A DNA stretch of 64,000 nucleotides from an uncultured Actinomycetota bacterium (GCA_963714625.1 CAVQOY010000014.1:92411-156410); one strand, 5' to 3'; shown: positions 8,230 through 17,668, counted from the first letter of the stretch. Notes: generated by a model not told the origin, from the letters alone. Made by a program: numbers and translations.

Positions 8230-9669
8230 TCAGTCGGGCTGCTCGCGGCGTTCGCTCGACGGGGGGGCCGCCGGGTCGGCGGAGGGCAGGCGGGGCTCGC
8301 CGGTCAACCGGTCGCGCTCGATGCGCGCCATCAGCTGGGTGGTGGCGTCGACGTCGATGCGTGCCATCAGCTGGGTGGCGGCGTCGGGGTCGGCCGCGGG
8401 CACGTCGGGGGCGCCCTCGTGGGTGAGGTCCGTCCGGGCCGACGGGATGGCCGGGGAGCGGCGGGTGGGTCGGGTGCGCAGCCGGGCCGCGTAGCGCGAG
8501 GACCGCATCTGCCGCCTGATGCGCTCGTCGAGGTCCATCTCCTGGAGCAGCCGACGCACCGTGGCCAGCATCGCGGCGGTGAACTCGACGAGCTCGGGCG
8601 ACTCTGCGGTCACCAGCACCTCCTCGAGGCGCGTGCGTGCCTCGTGGAGCCCCTCGAGCGCGGCGGCGACCGCGCGGACGTCGGTGGCGCGGCCACGGGA
8701 CCCGGGGGTGGCCTCGTCGTGCACCAGCTGTCCGAAGGTGTCGACGCCCTCGGCCATCTCGGTGAACGTCTGGGCCAGCCCGAGCGCGATGTCGTCGAGG
8801 GTCTCCCGGTCGACCTCGGTCGAGCCGGTGGCGGCGTCGTCGACGGCTCGGAACATCGAGCGTACCGAGACCGCGGTGTGTTCCAGGGCCTCCAGACCCT
8901 GACGCAGCCCGGGGCCGGCGTCGGAGGTGAAGGCTGCCCGCATGTTCATGCGGCGCCCCTCCTCGGCGTGGAGCACGGCCGCCTCGACGGCCGGGAAGTC
9001 GCGTGTGATGGTCCGGGCCTCGTCGAGCCACCCGGGCGACAGCGACGTCAGGTCCCGGCCCCGCCCAACCGCCTCCGTCAGCTCCTCGGCGGCCCGCGAG
9101 AGCAGGCCGCTGACGCGGTCGGCGAAGGCGTCGACCGCGTCGCCGGCGTCCGCGACGGCGACCTTCGGCGGGAACAGCAGATTGGCCGCGACCGCGACGG
9201 CGGCCCCGACGAGCGTCTCGGCCATGCGCTCCCACGCGGCCGATCCGGCCGACAGGGAGCCGACGCCGAGCACGAGCATCGCGCTGATGGCCACCTCGAT
9301 GAGGTTGGCCTCCAGCCTCAGCATCTGCCCGACGGTCAGCGCGCAGAGGATGAGCAGGCCCAGCGTCCACCACTCCAGGGGCACCAGGGTGGCGAAGCCG
9401 ACCGCGATCGAGACGCCCGCGACGACAGCGATCACCCGGTCCAGTCCGCGCGCCAGCAACGAGGCGGGCGTCACCTGGACGACCAGCATCGCCGTCAGCG
9501 GCGCCAGCAGCGGCTGGACCTCCGGGAAGATCAGCGTGGCCACCACATAGCTGAGCACCGCCGCGACCGTCAGTCGCAGCGCGAACTGGAATTCGCTGAG
9601 CCTGGGCAGCCGGAACCGGCGCCGGGCTCGGCTCAGCGTTCCCTCCCGCGTCGTGGGCACGTTCCTCAT
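8230..9669 (-). CDS. FUSC / aromatic-acid-exporter family membrane protein
   Basis: Start MRNVPTT (ATG 9669) inside ORF 8230..10254. N-terminal multi-TM block (FALRLTVAAVLSYVVATL...) followed by a long helical cytoplasmic domain. Confidence 0.7.
   Translation of the reverse strand: MRNVPTTREGTLSRARRRFRLPRLSEFQFALRLTVAAVLSYVVATLIFPEVQPLLAPLTAMLVVQVTPASLLARGLDRVIAVVAGVSIAVGFATLVPLEWWTLGLLILCALTVGQMLRLEANLIEVAISAMLVLGVGSLSAGSAAWERMAETLVGAAVAVAANLLFPPKVAVADAGDAVDAFADRVSGLLSRAAEELTEAVGRGRDLTSLSPGWLDEARTITRDFPAVEAAVLHAEEGRRMNMRAAFTSDAGPGLRQGLEALEHTAVSVRSMFRAVDDAATGSTEVDRETLDDIALGLAQTFTEMAEGVDTFGQLVHDEATPGSRGRATDVRAVAAALEGLHEARTRLEEVLVTAESPELVEFTAAMLATVRRLLQEMDLDERIRRQMRSSRYAARLRTRPTRRSPAIPSARTDLTHEGAPDVPAADPDAATQLMARIDVDATTQLMARIERDRLTGEPRLPSADPAAPPSSERREQPD
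8319..8390. repeat. 36-bp tandem duplication in the 3' end of the FUSC gene
   Basis: CGATGCGCGCCATCAGCTGGGTGGTGGCGTCGACGT / CGATGCGTGCCATCAGCTGGGTGGCGGCGTCGGGGT. It encodes ..ATQLMARID.. / ..ATTQLMARIE.. Confidence 0.9.
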
Positions 9670-9734
9670 CTTGCCCGAGAACCCTGGCCGGTCGTCGAGA
9701 GCGACCTGGGTGTGCGCTGTGGTGGGATGCGGGG

Positions 9735-10814
9735 ATGACGGCTCTCCTCCCCGTGGTCTGGTCCGCCGACACCCTCCGCCACGAGCCGGGTGGCGAGATC
9801 TGGGTGGGCGTGGCGACCCCGGGGACCGAGGTCCCGGCCCGGGTCGAGGTGATCCGTGAGGCGCTGCGGGCCGCCGGGCACCGGCTGGTGGAGGCACCCC
9901 CGGCCGCGCCGGAGACGATGGCCGCGGTCCACGACCTGGGTCTGATCGACTTCCTGGCCACTGCGGAGGAGCGCTGGCGCGCCGGTCCGTACGTCGAGCT
10001 CGCGGGGCAGGACCGGGTGGTTCCCTACCTGTTCCCCACCCCGGCCATGACGGCCGGCCTCCCGGTGCGCCGTCCCGCCGCGGTGCACGCCGAGGTCGGC
10101 ACCTTCGGCTACGACACCATGACGCTTCTCGGGCCCGGATCGTGGACCGCGATCCGGGCCGCCGCCTCCTGTGCCCTGCACGCGGCCGACCTGGTGCTGG
10201 CCGGCGAGCGAACGACGTACGCCCTGAGCCGTCCGCCGGGCCACCACGCGACACCGGCGGGCTACGGCGGGTCCTGCTACCTCAACAACGCCGCGCTGGC
10301 GGCCCAGCGGCTCCGCGACGGCGGGCACGCACGGGTCGGGATCGTCGACGTCGACGCCCACCACGGCAACGGCACGGCGGCGATCTTCTACGACCGCGAC
10401 GACGTGGTCTACGGCTCCGTGCACGTCGACCCGGGCGCCGGCTGGTTCCCCCACTACGTCGGCTTCGCGGACGAGACCGGCACCGGCGCGGGGGAGGGGG
10501 CGACCCGGAACCTGCCGCTGGCCGAGGGCAGCGCCGATGGTCCCTGGCTGGAGGCGGTAGAGGCGCTGGCCGGCTGGGTGGCTGACGCGGACTGCACCGC
10601 GTTGGTCGTCTCGCTGGGAGTCGACGCGGCCGCGGACGACCCGGAGAGCCCGCTGCTGGTCACCGCGGACGGCTACCGGGAGGCCGGACACCTGCTGGGA
10701 GGGCTCGCTCTGCCGTCGGTGCTGGTCCAGGAGGGCGGCTACCACCTGCCCTCGCTCGGCGCCCTGGTGACGGCGTACGTCGAGGGGCACACGGCCGGCC
10801 AGCCGGCCGCCTGA
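9735..10814 (+). CDS. Histone deacetylase family protein (acetylpolyamine/acetoin-type amidohydrolase)
   Basis: RPPGHHA, DVDAHHGNGT and EGGY motifs of the arginase/deacetylase superfamily. Confidence 0.85.
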   Translation: MTALLPVVWSADTLRHEPGGEIWVGVATPGTEVPARVEVIREALRAAGHRLVEAPPAAPETMAAVHDLGLIDFLATAEERWRAGPYVELAGQDRVVPYLFPTPAMTAGLPVRRPAAVHAEVGTFGYDTMTLLGPGSWTAIRAAASCALHAADLVLAGERTTYALSRPPGHHATPAGYGGSCYLNNAALAAQRLRDGGHARVGIVDVDAHHGNGTAAIFYDRDDVVYGSVHVDPGAGWFPHYVGFADETGTGAGEGATRNLPLAEGSADGPWLEAVEALAGWVADADCTALVVSLGVDAAADDPESPLLVTADGYREAGHLLGGLALPSVLVQEGGYHLPSLGALVTAYVEGHTAGQPAA

Positions 10815-10839
10815 ACCGGCCCGGTGGTGGGATGGCCCC

Positions 10840-12027
10840 ATGCGCCCCGACCACGCTCTCGACCTCGACCGTCTCCGCGCCGACACCCCCGGCACCGAGT
10901 CTGTCGTCCATCTCAACAACGCCGGCAGCGCCCTGCCCACCCGGCAGGTGCTCGACGCGGTCCTGGGGCACCTGCAGCGTGAGGCGCAGATCGGCGGCTA
11001 CGAGGCGCAGTGGGCCGTCGCCGACGACCTCGAGGCGGTCTACGACAGCCTCGCCGCCCTCGTGGGCGCCGAGAAGCGCCAGCTCGCGGTCACCGACAGC
11101 GCGACCCGCTCGTGGGACCTGGCCGTCTACGGCTACCCGTTCCGCTCCGGCGACCGGGTGCTGGTCTCGCGGCAGGAGTACGCCAGCAACGCCATCTCCC
11201 TGCTGCACCTGCGCGAGCGGCTCGGCGTCGAGATCGTGCTGGTCGAGGACGACGAGCACGGGCAGATCTCGCTGACCGGCCTGGAGAAGGAGCTGCGCCG
11301 GGGAGCCGCCATGGTCTCGCTGGTCCACGTGCCCACCAGCAGCGGCGTGGTGAACCCCGCCGAGGCGGTGGGGGAGCTGTGCCGCGGTCACGACGTGTTC
11401 TACGTCCTGGACGCCTGCCAGTCCGTCGGCCAGCTTCCTGTCGACGTGACAAGGATCAACTGCGACGTGCTGGCTGCGACCGGACGCAAGTACCTGCGCG
11501 CGCCCCGGGGCACTGGTCTCCTCTATCTCAGCGACCGCGCCATGGAGCGGGTCGGCCCGCCGTTCCTGGACCTGCACGCCGCCACCTGGGTGGCCGACGA
11601 CGCCTACGAGCTGCGTGACGATGCCCGCCGCTTCGAGACCTGGGAGCGCAGCATCGCCGGCGTGCTCGGGCTCGGTGTCGCGGCGCGCTACCTCACCGAA
11701 CTGGGGATCGACGCGACCTGGCAACGGGTCCGGGGTCTCGGCGCCGCCCTGCGTCAGCAGCTCGACGAGCTGTCGGGCGTCACGGTCCAGGACCGGGGGG
11801 AGGTGCTCGGCGGGATCGTGACCTTCACCGTCGAGGGCCGCTCGGCCACTGAGGTTGCCAACACCCTGCGGGCCCAGAACATCAACACCTCGGTCACCAG
11901 CGCCACGTCGGCGCGGCTCGACCTCGCGCCGCGCGGGTTGAGCGAGGTCGTGCGTGCCTCGATCCACTACTACAACTCCGAGACCGAGCTGGACACGCTC
12001 GTGGCAGCTGTGCGCCGGCTGGGCTGA
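10840..12027 (+). CDS. Aminotransferase class V-fold PLP-dependent enzyme
   Basis: Class V pattern (LNNAGSALP, LVHVPTSSGVVNP, PLP-lysine block ATGRKYLRAPRGTG). 25 nt downstream of the HDAC-family gene. Confidence 0.85.
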   Translation: MRPDHALDLDRLRADTPGTESVVHLNNAGSALPTRQVLDAVLGHLQREAQIGGYEAQWAVADDLEAVYDSLAALVGAEKRQLAVTDSATRSWDLAVYGYPFRSGDRVLVSRQEYASNAISLLHLRERLGVEIVLVEDDEHGQISLTGLEKELRRGAAMVSLVHVPTSSGVVNPAEAVGELCRGHDVFYVLDACQSVGQLPVDVTRINCDVLAATGRKYLRAPRGTGLLYLSDRAMERVGPPFLDLHAATWVADDAYELRDDARRFETWERSIAGVLGLGVAARYLTELGIDATWQRVRGLGAALRQQLDELSGVTVQDRGEVLGGIVTFTVEGRSATEVANTLRAQNINTSVTSATSARLDLAPRGLSEVVRASIHYYNSETELDTLVAAVRRLG

Positions 12028-12033
12028 GCCGGC

Positions 12034-13698
12034 ATGTTTGGGGTTCCCTTACGTGGGGATCCCATGATCGCCATCGGCGGCGTCATCGGGGCCGGCCTCT
12101 TCGTGGGCTCGAGCACCGTCATCCTCGACACCGGCCCGGGCGCGTTCCTCAGCTATCTCGTCACCGGGGTGCTCATCATCCTGGTGATGCGGATGCTCGG
12201 CGAGATGGCCACGGCCAACCCCTCGACCGGGTCCTTCGCCGACTACGCCCGCCGCGCGCTCGGAGGCTGGGCGGGCTTCAGCGTCGCCTGGCTCTACTGG
12301 TACTTCTGGGTCATCGTCGTCGGCTTCGAAGCCGTCGCCGGCGCCGAGATCCTGACCTACTGGGTCGATGCCCCGCTGTGGTTGCTGTCGCTGGGCCTCA
12401 TGGTGCTGATGACGGCCACCAACCTGGTGTCGGTGTCGTCCTACGGCGAGTTCGAGTACTGGTTCGCGGGCATCAAGGTCGTCGCGATCATCGCCTTCCT
12501 CGTGCTCGGGGGCGCCTTCGTGCTCGGGCTCGCCCGAGCCACCCAGTCGGTGATCGTGCGCGTGCTGACCTTCTACGTCGGCGCGGTGTTCCTGCTGGTG
12601 TGCATCGTGCCCTGGGACCAGAACGAGGACGGAGGGTCGCCGTTCGTCGCGGCCTTCGGCGAGATGGGCATCCCCTACGCCGACCACATCATGAACGCGG
12701 TCGTCCTGACCGCGGTGCTGTCGTGCCTCAACTCCGGGCTCTACACCGCCTCGCGGATGATCTTCGTGCTGGCCGGGCGGCGCGAGGCGCCGATGCGCCT
12801 GATCACCACCAACTCCCGCGGCGTCCCGGTGCTGGCCATCCTGGCCTCCACCGTGGTCGGTTTCCTCAGCGTCGTCGCCGCCTACGTCTCGCCCGACACC
12901 GTCTTCACGTTCCTGCTCAACTCCTCCGGCGCCGTCATCCTCTTCGTCTACCTGCTGATCGCGATCTCGCAGTTCGTGCTCCGCCGCCGCACCCGCGACG
13001 AGGACCTGTCGGTCAAGATGTGGCTGTTCCCGTGGCTGACCATCGCCGCCGGGCTGGGGATCGTCGCGGTGCTGGTGCAGATGTTCGTCGGTGACGACAC
13101 CCGCTCCCAGATCCTGCTGAGCCTGCTGTCGTGGGGCGTCGTGCTCGGGCTCTTCCTGCTGACCCGCTGGCGTGGTGGGTCGGTCAGCGCCGACGCGCTC
13201 GACCGACTCGGCCAGGGCGACGACCAGGACGACCAGGCGGATGCGAAGAAGCAGCAGCCCGCCCGCCGGGTCCTCGTGCTGGCGAACCGCACCCTGACCG
13301 GCGAGGAGCTGCACCGCAGCCTTCACGACCTGCCGGGCAGTGAGGAGGCGGCCTACCACGTGGTGGTGCCGACGAATCCGGTCGACACCGGGCAGGCCGA
13401 GCGCGAGGGGGCGGCCTACGTCTGGGAGGCCACCGCCACCGCGGCCAGCGACCGGCTCGAGCAGACCAAGCGCGCGCTGCGCGAGCAGGGCCTCACCGTC
13501 GACGGCGAGCTCGGCGACTACCGACCCCTGGTCGCCCTCGACGCCGCCGTGCGGTCCTTCGGGCCCGACCACATCGTCATCTCCACCCAGCCCGAGGACG
13601 TCTCGACCTGGCTGCACCACGACGTCGTCAGCCGCGCACGCGAGCGCTACGACGTACCGGTGCACCACGTGGTGGTCAGCGAGCCCGCGCCCGCCTGA
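12034..13698 (+). CDS. APC-family amino acid permease, atypically short, fused to a C-terminal cytoplasmic USP-like domain; possibly decayed
   Basis: MIAIGGVIGAGLFVGS (TM1), YGEFEYWFAGIKV and NSGLYTASRM blocks. The stretch that normally carries the FSFxGxE/TM6 region appears absent around 12529-12537. The C-terminal roughly 150 aa read RRVLVLANRTLTG...HVVVPTNP...DHIVISTQP. Confidence 0.7.
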   Translation: MFGVPLRGDPMIAIGGVIGAGLFVGSSTVILDTGPGAFLSYLVTGVLIILVMRMLGEMATANPSTGSFADYARRALGGWAGFSVAWLYWYFWVIVVGFEAVAGAEILTYWVDAPLWLLSLGLMVLMTATNLVSVSSYGEFEYWFAGIKVVAIIAFLVLGGAFVLGLARATQSVIVRVLTFYVGAVFLLVCIVPWDQNEDGGSPFVAAFGEMGIPYADHIMNAVVLTAVLSCLNSGLYTASRMIFVLAGRREAPMRLITTNSRGVPVLAILASTVVGFLSVVAAYVSPDTVFTFLLNSSGAVILFVYLLIAISQFVLRRRTRDEDLSVKMWLFPWLTIAAGLGIVAVLVQMFVGDDTRSQILLSLLSWGVVLGLFLLTRWRGGSVSADALDRLGQGDDQDDQADAKKQQPARRVLVLANRTLTGEELHRSLHDLPGSEEAAYHVVVPTNPVDTGQAEREGAAYVWEATATAASDRLEQTKRALREQGLTVDGELGDYRPLVALDAAVRSFGPDHIVISTQPEDVSTWLHHDVVSRARERYDVPVHHVVVSEPAPA

Positions 13699-13713
13699 CG
13701 GCGTCCCGCCGGC

Positions 13714-13917
13714 TCAGGCGCCGAGCACGGGGTGGCCCTCGACCCAGGTCGACACGACGCGGGTCTCGCCCTCGTGGTGGTTCACCCACGTCGAGCCGCT
13801 GGTGTAGGCCGCGAAGGCGGTCTCCAGGCTCAGCGCCCGCTCCGGGAGGAACGGCGAGCAGGCCGCCGTCGAGAAGGCGCGCACGGTGAAGGTCTGGAAA
13901 CCGGTCCGGGCCCGCAG
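13714..13917 (-). pseudogene. Remnant of an amidohydrolase (YtcJ/amidohydrolase_3-like) C-terminus
   Basis: The last roughly 67 codons of the spurious ORF 13714..14280 read ..SPFLPERALSLETAFAAYTSGSTWVNHHEGETRVVSTWVEGHPV. This resembles the C-terminal end of amidohydrolase-3 proteins with an internal gap. There is no N-terminal body, and its upstream part overlaps the S9 peptidase start. Confidence 0.4.
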
Positions 13918-13956
13918 TGACCCGGAGCTGTCGGTCGGTCGACCTAGGGTGGCTCG

Positions 13957-16053
13957 ATGAGCAGCGACGCGACCGGACCGAGCCACCCGACCACCGCGGC
14001 GTACGGCGCCTGGCCCTCGCCGTTCTCCGCCCAGGACACCGTCACCGGCGGGACCGTGCGGTCCACGCCCGTCGTCGCCGGCCACTTCGTGTGGTGGCTC
14101 GAGGCGCGACCGAGCGACGGCGGTCGACTCACGCTGGTGCGAGGGAGCTCGGGCGAGACGGTCGACGTGTCCTCGGCCGGGGCCAACGTGCGGACGACGT
14201 TCCACGAGTACGGCGGAGGCGCGGTAGGCGTGAGCGACGGCCTGGCGCTGTACGTCGACTACGCCGACCAGCGCGTCCACCGCGTCGACCTGGACGATGA
14301 CGGCACGGCCGGGGCGCCGCGACGTATCACCCCGGACTGCGAGGGACGCGTTCGCTGGTCGTGCTTCCGCATCGACACCGCGCGGGGCGTCGCCTTCTGC
14401 CTGCGCGAGGACCAGCGCGACTCGTCGGTGGAGCCCGTGACCTCGCTGGTGCGCGTCGACCTCGACGGTCCCGGCGAGGACTTCGGCGTCGAGCTGGTGG
14501 CCGGCAAGCGGCGCCGTGTCGACGTGGGCGACGGCGCTGACGACCCAGCCGCGGTCGGTCCCGACTTCGTGCTGGATCCGGTGCTCTCACCGGACGGGCG
14601 ACGGATCGCCTGGTTGCAGTGGGACCACCCGAACATGTCCTGGGACGGCACCCGGCTCTGGGTCGCGTCGGTCGACGAGGTCGGCGACCTGCAGGATGTT
14701 CGGGCGGTGGCGGGTGGGGACGACGAGTCGATCGAGCAGCCGCGCTGGCTCTCCGACGAACGCCTGGTGTTCCTCTCCGACCGTTCCGGCTGGAGCAACT
14801 TCTACGCGCTGCACGTCGCCGACCCGGGCGGTGCTCCGGGCGAGGGGCGGCCGGGCGGTCCGGCGGGGGAGCCGGTGGCGCTGGCACCTGAGGAGCGCGA
14901 CTTCGGCCAGCCGCGCTGGGTGCCCGACCAGTCGTCGTACGACCTGCTGCCGGACGGGCGGATCGTGACCACGCGGCTCGACGAGGGCTGGACGCGGGTG
15001 TGCCTGCTCGACCCGGCCACCGGCGACGTCTCCGAGGTGGACACCGACGTGACCGGGGTCGCCGACCTCCGGGTCCTGGGGGAGCACCACGTCGTGTGTC
15101 GTGGCAGCTTCGTCGACCGTCCCACCGACGTGGTCACCATCGACCTGCGCGACGGTACGACGCGCTCGGTGGCCGAGGAGCCGGGCGCGCCCGACGCACA
15201 GTGGGTCAGCACCCCCGAGGCACTCAGCTGGATCAGCGGTGTCGAGGACGGCGGGGACGGAGCGACGGCGCACGGCTTCCTCTACCCGCCGACCAACCCC
15301 GAGGCGCGTGCGCCCGCGGGCGACCTGCCGCCGCTGATCGTGACGCTGCACGGTGGGCCGACAGCCGCGGTGCCGGCGTACTTCACGCGGGCCCGGACGT
15401 TCTGGACCTCGCGGGGCTTCGCGGTGCTCGACGTCAACTACGCCGGCTCCACCGGCTACGGCCGTGCCTACCGGCAGCGGCTCTCAGGCCGGTGGGGGAT
15501 CACCGACGTCGCCGATGTCGCGAGCGGTGCCCGGCATCTCGCCGGTGCGGGGCGCGCCGACGCAGCCAAGGTGGCGATCACCGGCGGGAGCGCCGGTGGG
15601 TTCACCACCCTCGCAGCGCTGACCTTCACCGACGCGTTCGCCGCCGGCGCCAGCCACTTCGGGGTCAGCGACCTCGCGGCGCTGGCCCGCGACACGCACA
15701 AGCTGGAGTCGCGCTACCTGTGGGGGCTGGTGGCGCCGTGGCCCGAGGGTGAAGACGTCTACACCGAGCGCTCGCCGATCCACCACGTCGACCGGTTGGA
15801 CACCCCGCTGATCCTGCTCCAGGGCACCGTCGACAAGGTCGTCCCGCCCAACCAGGCGGAGCTGATGGTCGAGGCGGTTCGGGCCAAGGGCCTGCCGGTG
15901 GCGCTGGTGATGTTCGAGGGTGAGGGGCACGGCTTCCGCGACCCTGCCAACCAGGCAAGGGCTCTGGAGAGCGAGCTGTCCTTCTACGGCCAGGTCTTCG
16001 GCTTCACCCCGGCCGGTGACGTCCCGGTCGTCGAGGTCGAGAACCTGCCCTGA
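13957..16053 (+). CDS. S9 family peptidase (prolyl oligopeptidase / acylaminoacyl-peptidase-like)
   Basis: N-terminal beta-propeller region. C-terminal catalytic domain with GGSAGG nucleophile, DKVVP and GEGHGF. Confidence 0.9.
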   Translation: MSSDATGPSHPTTAAYGAWPSPFSAQDTVTGGTVRSTPVVAGHFVWWLEARPSDGGRLTLVRGSSGETVDVSSAGANVRTTFHEYGGGAVGVSDGLALYVDYADQRVHRVDLDDDGTAGAPRRITPDCEGRVRWSCFRIDTARGVAFCLREDQRDSSVEPVTSLVRVDLDGPGEDFGVELVAGKRRRVDVGDGADDPAAVGPDFVLDPVLSPDGRRIAWLQWDHPNMSWDGTRLWVASVDEVGDLQDVRAVAGGDDESIEQPRWLSDERLVFLSDRSGWSNFYALHVADPGGAPGEGRPGGPAGEPVALAPEERDFGQPRWVPDQSSYDLLPDGRIVTTRLDEGWTRVCLLDPATGDVSEVDTDVTGVADLRVLGEHHVVCRGSFVDRPTDVVTIDLRDGTTRSVAEEPGAPDAQWVSTPEALSWISGVEDGGDGATAHGFLYPPTNPEARAPAGDLPPLIVTLHGGPTAAVPAYFTRARTFWTSRGFAVLDVNYAGSTGYGRAYRQRLSGRWGITDVADVASGARHLAGAGRADAAKVAITGGSAGGFTTLAALTFTDAFAAGASHFGVSDLAALARDTHKLESRYLWGLVAPWPEGEDVYTERSPIHHVDRLDTPLILLQGTVDKVVPPNQAELMVEAVRAKGLPVALVMFEGEGHGFRDPANQARALESELSFYGQVFGFTPAGDVPVVEVENLP

Positions 16054-16067
16054 CGTGTACCGCCATG

Positions 16068-17648
16068 TCAGTGCGTGACGGCGGGCTCGTCGGTGGGTTG
16101 CCAGGGCGGGGCCTCGACGGCGCAGTGACGCCGGCACGGGGACGCCTCGGGGAGGGGCGAGTCGGGTCCGGCGGGCTCGGGCCGCCTGACCTTCACCGAG
16201 GACACGACGCTTCCCGCCAGCAGCAGGCCGGCGCACACCAGCGCGGCCCGGTGGAAGGCGGCGATCTCGGCCGCGGGGTCGCCGTAGGCGGCGTTGAGCC
16301 CGACCACGACCGGGAGTGCGGCGACCGCCAGCAGACCGGCCGTGCGGGCCACGGCGTTGTTGACCCCGCTGGCCAGACCGGCGTGGTTGTCAGGCGCAGC
16401 AGCCAGCACGGTGGTGGTCAGCGGGGCGACCGTGGCGGCGAGCCCGAGCCCGAACAGCGCGACGCCCGGCAGCACGTCGGAGACGTAGGAGGCGTTCTCG
16501 TCGATGCGCAGCAGGAGCAGCGTCCCGACGGCCGACAGGGCCGGCCCGACGGTCATCGGCAACCGCGGCCCGATGCGCTCGGCCAGCTCGCCGGCGCGGG
16601 AGGAGAGCGCGAGCATGATCACGGTGATCGGCAGCAGCGCGGCCCCGGCCAGGACCGGCCCGAAGCCGACGGCCGTCTGCAACGTCAGCACGAGCAGGAA
16701 GAAGATCCCCCCGAGGGCCGCGTAGACCACGAAGGTCACCACGTTGGTGACCCGGAACAACGGCGAGGCGAAGATGCCCGGCGGCAGCATCGGGTGGGAG
16801 GTTCGGTGCTCCACCCGCACGAACGAGACTCCGGCGGCCACGGCGAGGGTCAGTGCTCCCCACGTCGGTGCGGCGGTCACCCCCCGCTCACCCCAGGAGA
16901 CGAGAGCGTAGGTCAGGGCGCTGAGGAACAGCACGCCGAGGGCGGCGCCGGTCACGTCGGTGCCGGGCACGGCGTCGGGGTCGCGGCTCTCCGGCACGTG
17001 GCGTACGGCGACCGCCACCACGGCCAGCGCGACCGGCACGTTGAGCAGGAACACCCAGCGCCAGGAGGCGACGTCGACCAGCCAGCCTCCGAGGAACGGG
17101 CCGACCGCTGCTGCGATGCCTCCGAGACCGGACCAGGCGCCGATGGCCCGACCGCGGTCGGTGCCGGTGAAGGAGGCCTGCAGGATGGCCAGGCTGCCGG
17201 GTGTCAGCAGCGCGCCCGCCACGCCCTGCAACGCTCGTGCGGCGACCAGGGTCTCGATGTTCGGCGCGATCCCGCACAGCAGCGAGGCTGCCGCGAAGCC
17301 CACCACCCCGACGAGGAAGACCCTTCGCCGCCCGAACCGGTCGCCGGCCGCGCCCCCGAGCAGGATGAACGCCGCGAGCGTCAGCGTGTAGGCGTTGACC
17401 GTCCACTGGAGTCCTGCGATGCCGGCGTCGAGGTCCTCGCCGATCGCCGGCAGCGCGACGTTGACGATGGTGCCGTCGAGCATCGCCATGCTCGAACCGA
17501 GGACGGTGGCCAGCAGGATCCAGCGCCCCGCCGGGGCGGCGTAGGCCACGGCGGCGGAGGGTGACGATGCGGCGGACGACACGCAGGATCGACGCCGGCG
17601 GACCGTCAGATATTCCCAGAAGTCCCGGAATCTTGTGACCTGGCTCAC
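16068..17648 (-). CDS. MFS transporter, DHA2 (EmrB/QacA, 14 TM) family
   Basis: LGSSMAMLDGTIVNVALP and GDRFGRRR motifs with 14 hydrophobic segments. The start is uncertain: ATG 17648 or GTG 17582. Confidence 0.85.
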   Translation of the reverse strand: MSQVTRFRDFWEYLTVRRRRSCVSSAASSPSAAVAYAAPAGRWILLATVLGSSMAMLDGTIVNVALPAIGEDLDAGIAGLQWTVNAYTLTLAAFILLGGAAGDRFGRRRVFLVGVVGFAAASLLCGIAPNIETLVAARALQGVAGALLTPGSLAILQASFTGTDRGRAIGAWSGLGGIAAAVGPFLGGWLVDVASWRWVFLLNVPVALAVVAVAVRHVPESRDPDAVPGTDVTGAALGVLFLSALTYALVSWGERGVTAAPTWGALTLAVAAGVSFVRVEHRTSHPMLPPGIFASPLFRVTNVVTFVVYAALGGIFFLLVLTLQTAVGFGPVLAGAALLPITVIMLALSSRAGELAERIGPRLPMTVGPALSAVGTLLLLRIDENASYVSDVLPGVALFGLGLAATVAPLTTTVLAAAPDNHAGLASGVNNAVARTAGLLAVAALPVVVGLNAAYGDPAAEIAAFHRAALVCAGLLLAGSVVSSVKVRRPEPAGPDSPLPEASPCRRHCAVEAPPWQPTDEPAVTH

Positions 17649-17668
17649 AGCAGTGACAGAGTCCCCGC

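Noticed and set aside
12054-12059. A BamHI site (GGATCC) in the odd AT-richer 5' end of the permease, and an EcoRI site (GAATTC, 28906) at the hairpin edge, read as possible cloning scars or engineered junctions.
   Set aside because: Single 6-bp sites are expected by chance in 64 kb. There is no vector-like sequence, polylinker or resistance marker nearby. The EcoRI site is part of the repeat arm.
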